From contig SVRR01000001.1 of the NCBI GenBank assembly GCA_015064745.1, positions 23,330 through 87,329 of the forward strand: a DNA stretch of 64,000 bases, read 5' to 3'. Under the pieces are notes generated by a model. It worked only from the letters and a program-made list of their open reading frames with translations. It was not told the DNA's origin and did no database searches. The DNA comes from Oscillospiraceae bacterium (GTDB lineage Bacteria > Bacillota > Clostridia > Oscillospirales > CAG-272). Each line of letters opens with the position of its first letter. The stretch's first letter is position 1. Made by a program: the position numbers and the translations under genes. Shown here piece by piece: positions 38,647-45,926 of the stretch.

Positions 38647-40037
38647 TCGGTTCGGCGCAGATTCCTTCGAGAACGGCACGTGGGAAAGAGACCTTATTCA
38701 CGAGTATACTCATTTTGAGGAAGGCACGGACGAATACGAGAAGCTTGGCGTCTTCTTGGCGGACAAGAGTCTCACCGTCGACACGAAGAATGGCAAGCGC
38801 TCACTCGCTGAAGTCGCGGCAGAGACCGTCTTCCGTAAGGGCTACGGATTTACCGTCGAAGAGATGAATGATATCACCGAAAGGAAGAACGCGAAGAAAC
38901 CGCTGACCGCGGCGGAAGAGGCTGCGTATTCCGTCTTCAACGACGAGCTCGTGGCACACTCCGCGGAGTATCTGCTTGGCAACGAGGCGTTTATTGATAA
39001 GCTCGTCGCCAAGGATGCGCCGCTTGCGCGCAAAGTCTTCGACAAGCTCGTAGACGTCTGCAAGACGATCGGCGGCAAGGGCGCAAGCAAAACGCTGAAG
39101 ACCGCGCAGAAGCTGTACATCAAAGCCGCCGAGAAGAGTGGCAACACCCGTCTTGCAAAGTACATTCTCTCCCACGCACCTGAACTTGAAGAGGAAGAAA
39201 GCCTTGACAGCGAGGAGAAGGTGCAGTATAATAGAAAAGGATTATACAAACAGATTCCGAAGAAAGAATACGCTATTATTAGTAGCCGTATTATGGAAGA
39301 TAATTCGAGATATATGGCTCATAATCAAGAACTTCCGAGATACGGAAAAGCAAGAAGCGCCGACTACTTCTATGTGTACGAAAATTTTGCACCGGGCAAC
39401 TTTGGAGTCTTGAAGCAAATAAAAATCACGGACGCAAACAGAGAATATATCGCTTCTATTGAAGCGAAAATAGGAGAAAACAATGGCGAACAAACTATCG
39501 GAAGCACAAGCGAACTTAATCGAGTGCTTGAAGTTCTTAAAACTAGAACAAGACGCAATCGTGGTAATAATGCTCTTGATTCCGAAGGACGAGCAAATAG
39601 CGGAAATGGCGGAGTATCTTCTGGAGAATCCGCAAGCGACGGAATCGGACATTCTCAAAAAAGCAACGGAAATCTCCGAAATGTAAAATTCTCCCGCAAA
39701 GCCCAGCGTCCCGATGGCGCAACCTATCAGATTTCGGACGGACAGGTCAAACGCTTGATCTCAGGTCTTGCGAAAGGCAAAAAATATTCTAAGGCGGATG
39801 CGGACGAGGCGATCCACGAGATCCTTTTGAATAGTCTGTATTCCGACGACGAGCGTGTGATGTTACGCGGTAAAGCGCGGAAAGATGTCGTCAGCATGAT
39901 CCTGCAAAGCCTCAACACGGAAGACTTTACAAAACGCGACGCCACAGCGCGGAAGGTCGCGGACTACATCGTAGAGCACGCGGTGTTGGAAGGCTCCCTT
40001 GAGGATATCAATGTACAGATCGAATTTTTTTCAAACG
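38647..40037 (+). pseudogene. Internal fragment of a phage or conjugative-element-type multidomain (polyvalent-like) protein with a zincin HExxH motif
   Basis: The frame is open across the whole insert, but the only start is a TTG inside the hairpin and the C-terminus runs into the second hairpin. The sequence includes ...GTWERDLIHEYTHFEEGTDEY..., ...KFSRKAQRPDGATYQISDGQVKRL... and ...ATARKVADYIVEHAVLEG.... There is no RBS or promoter. The family assignment is from memory only. Confidence 0.4.
39483..39686 (+). CDS. Small hypothetical helical protein (67 aa) nested in an alternate frame
   Basis: AGGAG (39472-39476), 6 nt, then ATG. MANKLSEAQANLIECLKFLKLEQDAIVVIMLLIPKDEQIAEMAEYLLENPQATESDILKKATEISEM looks like an ordinary amphipathic-helix protein. 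The long frame over the same bases is a G/S/N/R-rich low-complexity stretch. Confidence 0.45.
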   Translation: MANKLSEAQANLIECLKFLKLEQDAIVVIMLLIPKDEQIAEMAEYLLENPQATESDILKKATEISEM

Positions 40038-40070
40038 AAAAGGCTTTTCGCAATTGCGAAAAGCCTTTTT
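40038..40070 (+). repeat. Direct repeat copy 2: 33-nt palindromic terminator hairpin
   Basis: Identical to 38614-38646. It lies 7 nt from the stop of the convergent crp/fnr gene. The left edge shares an imperfect CAAAC extension with copy 1. Confidence 0.9.
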
Positions 40071-40077
40071 ATTGTTT

Positions 40078-40740
40078 TCATAGATATTTACGAAGCTTTG
40101 TTTTATCGAGAATGCGAATGTCCCCTCTGCCGCTTTCGAGGATCCCCTCATAAGAGAAGGTGCGGAGCATTCGAGTGACGACCTCTCGCGCCGAGCCCAT
40201 ATATTTGGCAATTTGCTCGTGTGTAAGCTTAAGAGTATCGCTATGCCTTCTTGCTGTTTCGTCAAGCAAGAAAATAGCAAGGCGTTTTTCAATGCTCATA
40301 AAGAGGATCTGCTCAAACGACCACATGGTTTCGGAAAAATGACTTGCTGTTAGCTCCAAGGCGTAGTTTTTGACGTATATACTTTCCTCGACCAGCTTTC
40401 CGAGCGTGCGGCTTCCGATCAGAAGACATTCGCTGTCGGAATCTGCTTCCACCATCACGTCAAAGGTAATGGCACGAAGCACGCATGTGGCGGAAAGAAT
40501 ACAAATATCTCCCGCATAAAGACGGAACAAGGTGACCTCCTTGCCGTCCTCGGAGAGAAAATATGTGCGAAGTCCGCCGGAGCGCACGACTATAGCGCCC
40601 GTACATTCGTTGGGATCGTGCACCACGTGTCCTTTGCGGTAGGTGATCTCGGTCGTGTCATCGCATAGGGCTTTCCTTTGCGTGGTTGTCAGCTTGTCCC
40701 AAAAAGGGAAGTATTCGGCAAAAAAGCTTTCGTAGTTCAT
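40078..40740 (-). CDS. Crp/Fnr family transcriptional regulator
   Basis: 220 aa with a cNMP-binding beta-barrel pattern (RKGHVVHDP...GAIVVRSGGLRTYF) and a C-terminal HTH (LTHEQIAKYMGSAREVVTRMLR). Confidence 0.8.
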   Translation of the reverse strand: MNYESFFAEYFPFWDKLTTTQRKALCDDTTEITYRKGHVVHDPNECTGAIVVRSGGLRTYFLSEDGKEVTLFRLYAGDICILSATCVLRAITFDVMVEADSDSECLLIGSRTLGKLVEESIYVKNYALELTASHFSETMWSFEQILFMSIEKRLAIFLLDETARRHSDTLKLTHEQIAKYMGSAREVVTRMLRTFSYEGILESGRGDIRILDKTKLRKYL

Positions 40741-40769
40741 TCTTTTCTCCTAATGGCTTGCTTGTCTGC

Positions 40770-42095
40770 TCATTCTTTATTTTTTACAACGGAAACCTCT
40801 TCTATGCCGTAATAGAGAAATGCCTTTACCGTGTCCGCTTCAATGCGCTCACCGCATACGGCGATAGGAACAGCAGGGGGGCAGGAGGCGGCGATCTCGG
40901 CGTAGATACGACCCTCAGCATCCTTTACGGGGATGCGTTCCTTCTTCGCGAACAGTGCGTCGCGGATAGAGAGAAGGGGCGTGCCAAGGCGTGGCGGTGG
41001 CGGTTGCGAAACGGCATCGGCTTGCTTGCCAAATGCAAACAAGGCTGTCTTTAAAATGTCAAAATCCGATGGATCGTTTTCGGCAGAAGTCATAAATACA
41101 AGGTGCGTTTTGTCGCAAAACTCGCACTCGATTCCATGCTCTCGCACCACTTCCGCAAGTGCTTCGGCATGCGGTGAAAGCAGTACGATCTTAAGCGGCT
41201 CTGATGGCAAAACGGTAAATCCTGCTTGCGAAAGTGCCGTCTTCGTATCCTCGGTGAGCGACACTGCTTTTTTAAGTCGTTCTCCGTATCCCTCGGCAAG
41301 CACTCGGTTAGCAAGGTCAAGCGAAGATAGCGTCAGGTAGGAGGGGCTGGTAGAGGAGAAGAGGGAAACAGCATCCTTGACATCCGAAAACTCGTCCTCA
41401 TACCCTTTGGCAATATGTAAATATGCGCCGCCCGTCAGCACAGGAAGCGTCTTGTGCGCGGAATCGGCACACATGGCGGCACCTAAATGGATAGGGTGCA
41501 TCGACGGATTGAGAAAAGCAAAATACGCGCCGTGCGCGTTGTCGACAAGGAGCGGAACGCCATGCTTTTTACATACGGCGGCAATGCCCGCGATATCCCA
41601 GATTTCGCCAAGATAGCTCGGAGAGGTGATATAAACGGCAAAGGGGGCATTAGCCTCAATGGCACGCGCTACGTCGTTTGGTGTCATCACGCCGCTATAC
41701 ACCGTTTCGGCATTGTCGGGCAGCATAAAGGTGACAGGGATATCTAGGAGCGCTACGCCGTGCAAAAAGGCGCGATGTGCATTTCTGGAAGCAAGAAGGT
41801 TAGGTCTTTCCGGCGTGCGGTAGCGTGTCGATGCCAGTGCCAGCATTGCTTCGATGGCAGCGGTAGAGCCGCCTGTCAAATAGACGGTACGCCCTGTCTG
41901 AAAAAGAAGGGAAGCGTTTCTCTCGCTTTCTCCAATGATTCCATACGCTTCGCTTAAAACGTCAGCCCCCTTGACCTCGGTGATGTCAAGCGCTTCTATA
42001 CCCAAGGGTCCTTTTCCTTTGTGACCGGGCATGTGAAAACGTACACCGTTCTTTTCGGCATAGCCTTTTACGAAATCGTAGATGGGAGTATTCAT
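40770..42095 (-). CDS. PLP-dependent Orn/Lys/Arg decarboxylase family protein
   Basis: ATG 42095 overlaps the scfB stop (ATGA). MNTPIYDFVKGYAEKNGVRFHMPGHKGKG... is typical of the YaaO/SpeA-like fold-I decarboxylases. SAHKTLP is the putative PLP-lysine motif. Confidence 0.75.
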   Translation of the reverse strand: MNTPIYDFVKGYAEKNGVRFHMPGHKGKGPLGIEALDITEVKGADVLSEAYGIIGESERNASLLFQTGRTVYLTGGSTAAIEAMLALASTRYRTPERPNLLASRNAHRAFLHGVALLDIPVTFMLPDNAETVYSGVMTPNDVARAIEANAPFAVYITSPSYLGEIWDIAGIAAVCKKHGVPLLVDNAHGAYFAFLNPSMHPIHLGAAMCADSAHKTLPVLTGGAYLHIAKGYEDEFSDVKDAVSLFSSTSPSYLTLSSLDLANRVLAEGYGERLKKAVSLTEDTKTALSQAGFTVLPSEPLKIVLLSPHAEALAEVVREHGIECEFCDKTHLVFMTSAENDPSDFDILKTALFAFGKQADAVSQPPPPRLGTPLLSIRDALFAKKERIPVKDAEGRIYAEIAASCPPAVPIAVCGERIEADTVKAFLYYGIEEVSVVKNKE

Positions 42096-43468
42096 GCGTC
42101 CTCGGATTCGGCAACGCCCATCATAACGGCGCATTCAATACGCTTTTTGAAAAGCTCACAGCCATACTTGTAAACGCCGCCGACGCTTCCTGTCGCATGA
42201 TAGGCGTTTGCGGCACAGCCGCCGGAGCAGTAAAGCTTCGCCCAGCAATCACGGCATTCCTCGCGTGCGTAGGCGTTACAGGAACGAAATTCGTCCTGAC
42301 GCTCAGGATGGGTAACACCGTCCCAAACGTTACCGAGACTATATGTTTGATCACCGACGAATTGATGGCAGGGGAAAAGCTCACCCCAGGGAGTGACCGA
42401 CATATACTCCGTGCCGGAGCCGCATCCCGTAATGCGCTTGTAGATGCAAGGCCCGTTTTTGAGGTCTAGCATGTAGTGATAGAAGGTAAAGGGACGCCCT
42501 TCGCGACGGCGCTTGATCATTTCCTTTGCCAAAATCTCATATTGCTCGAAAAGAATGGGAAGATCTGCTTCGGTCAAAGCGCAAGGGTCGTCGGGAGCGC
42601 AAACCACGGGCTCCATGCTGAGCTCGGTAAAGCCGAGGTCTGCCATGTGCAAAATGTCGTTGGTAAAATCGGTGTTGTGATGGGTGTAAGTACCGCGCAT
42701 ATAGTAGCCCTTCCCGCCGCGCATTTCGACAAAGCGCTTGAACTTGGGAAGGATGAGGTCATAGCTGCCTCGTCCCATATAGTCGCGGCGGAAGCGATCG
42801 TGTACCTCGGGGCGTCCGTCGAGACTTAAAACCACATTACTCATCTCGCGGTTGAGAAACTCTGTCGTCTCATCGTCAAGAAGCACCCCGTTGGTGGTGA
42901 GGGTAAAGCGGAAGTTTTTGTTGTGCTCTTTTTCGATGCTTCGCGCATAAGCGACGAGCTCTTTTACCACGTCAAGATTCATCAAGGGCTCACCGCCGAA
43001 GAAGTCTACCTCAAGGTTGCGGCGCGTGCCGGAATTCGCGATCAAAAAGTCAAACGCCTGCTTTCCGACCTCAAAGGACATTAAGGCTCGCTCGCCTTGG
43101 TACTTTCCTTGGCTTGCAAAGCAATAGGAGCAGTTGAGGTTACAGGTGTGTGCCACGTGAAGGCAAAGCGCCTTTACAACGTTGGTTTTTGCCTTATAGT
43201 CGTAGGCAAGAGACTCGTATTTATCCTCGGAGAAAAGCTTGCCCGCTTTTTCAAGCGCGCGGATATCCTCTATGCAGTCAAGGATCTCCGCTTTTGTGAC
43301 CGTTTCGTCCGAAGGGTATTTTGTGAGGATGTCCGCGACGATCTCATCGGGAGATTTGTCTTTGTATAAGGCAATAATATCATAGGCGACCTCGTCTACC
43401 GCGTGTACCGAGCCTGACGCCGTATCAAGAACGATGTTGTAGCCGTTAAGCTTGTATTGATGTACCAT
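42092..43468 (-). CDS. scfB: Radical SAM/SPASM thioether-forming SCIFF peptide maturase
   Basis: 458 aa with CNLNCSYCF (CxxxCxxC) and a C-terminal SPASM cysteine cluster (CGSG...CHQF...CRDCWAKLYCSGGCAANA). It sits directly downstream of a SCIFF precursor. Confidence 0.9.
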   Translation of the reverse strand: MVHQYKLNGYNIVLDTASGSVHAVDEVAYDIIALYKDKSPDEIVADILTKYPSDETVTKAEILDCIEDIRALEKAGKLFSEDKYESLAYDYKAKTNVVKALCLHVAHTCNLNCSYCFASQGKYQGERALMSFEVGKQAFDFLIANSGTRRNLEVDFFGGEPLMNLDVVKELVAYARSIEKEHNKNFRFTLTTNGVLLDDETTEFLNREMSNVVLSLDGRPEVHDRFRRDYMGRGSYDLILPKFKRFVEMRGGKGYYMRGTYTHHNTDFTNDILHMADLGFTELSMEPVVCAPDDPCALTEADLPILFEQYEILAKEMIKRRREGRPFTFYHYMLDLKNGPCIYKRITGCGSGTEYMSVTPWGELFPCHQFVGDQTYSLGNVWDGVTHPERQDEFRSCNAYAREECRDCWAKLYCSGGCAANAYHATGSVGGVYKYGCELFKKRIECAVMMGVAESEDA

Positions 43469-43488
43469 GAAAGTTCCTTTCGGTGTAA

Positions 43489-43533
43489 ATTATAAAAAGG
43501 GAAGGGGCTGTCGCAATTTTTTGCGACAGCCCC
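43489..43533 (-). terminator. Strong hairpin / partial terminator between the SCIFF precursor and the maturase
   Basis: GGGGCTGTCGCAA-loop-TTGCGACAGCCCC, a 13-bp stem. On the coding strand it is followed by TTCCCTTTTTATA. Confidence 0.6.
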
Positions 43534-43546
43534 AAGCAGCCGAAAC

Positions 43547-43699
43547 TCAGTTATCCTTCTTTGCGTTTTCGCACTGCTGATTGGCAACGCCGCAGGAAGT
43601 CTTGCAAGCGGACTGGCAGGAGGTCTGGCACTCGCCGCAACCGCCGTTCTTAACCGACTTGCTCATATCTCTGGTTTCGATGGTCTTGATTCTTTTCAT
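43547..43699 (-). CDS. scfA: SCIFF (six-cysteines-in-forty-five) ribosomal peptide precursor
   Basis: Not in the ORF track because it is 50 aa. The translation is MKRIKTIETRDMSKSVKNGGCGECQTSCQSACKTSCGVANQQCENAKKDN. GAGGAG RBS lies 7 nt upstream. The GGCGECQTSCQSACKTSC core is the SCIFF signature. Confidence 0.9.
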   Translation of the reverse strand: MKRIKTIETRDMSKSVKNGGCGECQTSCQSACKTSCGVANQQCENAKKDN

Positions 43700-43734
43700 G
43701 ATGAATACTCCTCATTTGATTTTCATACAAGAAC

Positions 43735-43763
43735 ATTTTAACACATTCTTTGAGAAAAGTCAA
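43735..43763 (-). promoter_or_regulatory. Sigma-A promoter of the SCIFF operon
   Basis: Reverse strand TTGACT (43763-43758), 17 nt spacer, TAAAAT (43740-43735). Confidence 0.5.
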
Positions 43764-43803
43764 CCGATTACCGAAAAGAAAACATATTTTTTTTGAAAAT
43801 ATA

Positions 43804-45399
43804 TTAGCTTTTGGCTTCCTCGGCAGAGTGCAGAGCATCCGTTGCGTTTACGAGCACCTTTCTCTCGTAGCAAGAAAAAATAGCATCGACCTCTTGCGCG
43901 TCCTGCTTCTTTGTAAAGAGACTGATGACAGGAGTAAGGATAAGTCCGCCAAGCATGGCAAAAACGCCGGAGTAGAGAGAGTTTTGGAAAACAAAATGGA
44001 GAAAGCCGCTTTCGGGAAGGACGAGGATATTCATCATAAACAAAAGCTGTACAAGCTCAAGCCCCACGCCGTATACAAAGCAAACGACAACCGCCGCACG
44101 TGTGGTTTTTTTGCTGTAAAGACCGTAGAGAAAAGGCGCGAGAAACGCACCGGCAAGCGCGCCCCAAGAAACGCCCATCATTTGTGCGATAAAGGTAAAG
44201 TTTGGGAACATATCCTTCAAGATAGCGATCACAGCAGAGACGGCGATAAAGAAGACGATGAAAAGACGCATGATAAAGAGCGACTTCTTTTGCGATGCCT
44301 TTCCCTTCATGCAGTACGGCACGATAACGTCAAGTGTTAAGGTGGATGCCGAGGTAAGCACGAGCGAGGAGAGGGTCGACATAGACGCGGCAAGCACCAG
44401 CATAATGACGATGGCGATTATGATGTCGGGAAGGGTAGAAAGAATGGTGGGGATGATGGAATCAAAGCCAAAATTTTCGGGAAGCAGGTGAGAGTAGAGC
44501 CTGCCAAAGCCGCCGAGAAAGTAGCATCCGCCTGCCACCACGATGGCAAAGATCGTGGAGATGATGGTGCCTTTTCTCACGGCGTCTTCATTGGTGATGG
44601 AGTAGAATTTGCCGATCATTTGAGGGAGCCCCCACGTGCCGAGCGAGGTCAACAGTACGACGATAAGAAGCGCTAAGGGATCGGGACCCAGGAAGGAGGT
44701 GTATGCGCCCTCAAAGGCAGTTCCGCTATCTACTTGAGAAAGCTTTTCAACTGCCGCAGTCAGACCGCCGTTTGCGTTTAGGGCAGACGCGATAACGGCA
44801 ACAATACCGACAAGCATAATAATGCCTTGGATAAAATCGTTAATCGCGGTTGCCATGTAGCCACCGAAGATAACGTAAATACCCGTGAGGACTGCCATTG
44901 CGAGAATACACGCCCAATAGGGAACGGAAAAGGCAATATTAAAGAGGCTGGAAAGCCCGTTGTAGAGTGAGGCAGTGTAGGGGATCAAGAAAACAAAAAC
45001 GATGAAAGATGCCGCTATCTTTAGCTTTTCTGAGCCGAAGCGCTTTGAGAAGAAGTCCGGCATGGTTTTGCTGCCGATGTGCTGCGTCATAAGGCGGGTG
45101 CGTCTGCCCAGCACGGACCATGCGAGAAGGGAGCCGATAAAGGCGTTTCCAAGTCCTATCCATGTGGAGGCAAGACCAAAGTTCCAGCCGAACTGTCCCG
45201 CGTAACCGACGAAGATAACGGCAGAGAAATAAGAGGTACCGAAAGCGAAAGCGGTAAGCCAAGGGCCAACGCTTCTTCCGCCGAGGACGAAGCTGTTGAC
45301 GTCTGTCGCGCTTTTGCGGCAATAGATGCCAACGCCGATCATAAGACCGAAAAAGAGCACGAGTAAAGCTGCGGTGAGAATGATTGCTGATGTTGCCAT
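43804..45399 (-). CDS. Sodium:solute symporter (SSS) family transporter
   Basis: ATG 45399 (MATSAIILTAALLVLFFGLMIGVGIYCRK...), about 531 aa and about 13 TM segments, resembling PutP/PanF. The ORF-track start at 45504 lies inside the T-box terminator. Confidence 0.8.
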   Translation of the reverse strand: MATSAIILTAALLVLFFGLMIGVGIYCRKSATDVNSFVLGGRSVGPWLTAFAFGTSYFSAVIFVGYAGQFGWNFGLASTWIGLGNAFIGSLLAWSVLGRRTRLMTQHIGSKTMPDFFSKRFGSEKLKIAASFIVFVFLIPYTASLYNGLSSLFNIAFSVPYWACILAMAVLTGIYVIFGGYMATAINDFIQGIIMLVGIVAVIASALNANGGLTAAVEKLSQVDSGTAFEGAYTSFLGPDPLALLIVVLLTSLGTWGLPQMIGKFYSITNEDAVRKGTIISTIFAIVVAGGCYFLGGFGRLYSHLLPENFGFDSIIPTILSTLPDIIIAIVIMLVLAASMSTLSSLVLTSASTLTLDVIVPYCMKGKASQKKSLFIMRLFIVFFIAVSAVIAILKDMFPNFTFIAQMMGVSWGALAGAFLAPFLYGLYSKKTTRAAVVVCFVYGVGLELVQLLFMMNILVLPESGFLHFVFQNSLYSGVFAMLGGLILTPVISLFTKKQDAQEVDAIFSCYERKVLVNATDALHSAEEAKS

Positions 45400-45722
45400 G
45401 ATACGTGTTTCCTTTCTGAATTTTTGTAGGGCAAGGAGCGGACATGGCAAACAAAAATCCGTCCCCTGCAAAAACAGAGGACGGATGCAAATCCGTGGTA
45501 CCACCTCATTTTATCGCACCCTCACGGATACGACCTTTCAGGATACTGACATATCCCTGCGCGCTCACGGGCGCTCCCGTACGTACCTGACACGAAAAAT
45601 CGTGTTTTCGGCAGTCAGCTCGCGAAATGTATTCATCGTCATACACCTCACCGTCTCGCAGCGACCGACGGCTCTCTGTAAAGGTATTGTATGGGACTAC
45701 TTGTTTTCGTTCATCGCTTTAT
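45400..45722 (-). promoter_or_regulatory. T-box riboswitch leader, specifier UAC (Tyr)
   Basis: On the reverse strand, Stem I reads GCGATGAACGAAAACAAGTAG...AGAGAG...GGTGAGG...GATGAA-TAC-A-TTTCGC, with TAC at 45629-45631. The T-box sequence AAATGAGGTGGTACCACGG lies around 45494-45505. A terminator ATCCGTCCCCTG...GAGGACGGAT plus T5 lies at 45452-45487. Confidence 0.75.
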
Positions 45723-45728
45723 GGTATG

Positions 45729-45757
45729 ATAATAGCACGCTTTCTTGAATTTGTCAA
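45729..45757 (-). promoter_or_regulatory. Sigma-A promoter of the T-box/SSS transporter unit
   Basis: Reverse strand TTGACA (45757-45752), 17 nt spacer, TATTAT (45734-45729). Confidence 0.55.
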
Positions 45758-45848
45758 GACAGTTTTCCGAAAAAAATTAAAAAATATTTTTCCCCCTGTT
45801 TTGGCGGACGGAAATTTTGGACAAAGTGAAAAAAGTTATCAAATCCCC

Positions 45849-45877
45849 TTGCGCTTCTAAAAATAATCGTTTATAAT
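45849..45877 (+). promoter_or_regulatory. Sigma-A promoter of htpG
   Basis: TTGCGC (45849-45854), 17 nt spacer, TATAAT (45872-45877). A 12-bp palindrome AGTATTAATACT lies at 45883-45894, just downstream. Confidence 0.45.
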
Positions 45878-45926
45878 ATTATAGTATTAATACTTAGTAG
45901 TAATGCCTTAAAGGATGGTAAACAAA

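Noticed and set aside
38630-40153. The 507-aa ORF taken at face value as an intact gene
   Set aside because: Its start is a TTG inside the terminator hairpin with no RBS or promoter. Its last ~40 codons are the second hairpin plus antisense of the crp/fnr 3-prime end. Only the internal part looks like real, fragmentary coding sequence.
45883-45894. The palindrome AGTATTAATACT downstream of the htpG promoter as a heat-shock operator
   Set aside because: It does not match CIRCE (TTAGCACTC-N9-GAGTGCTAA) or the CtsR direct repeat. It is short and AT-only, so it could be chance.
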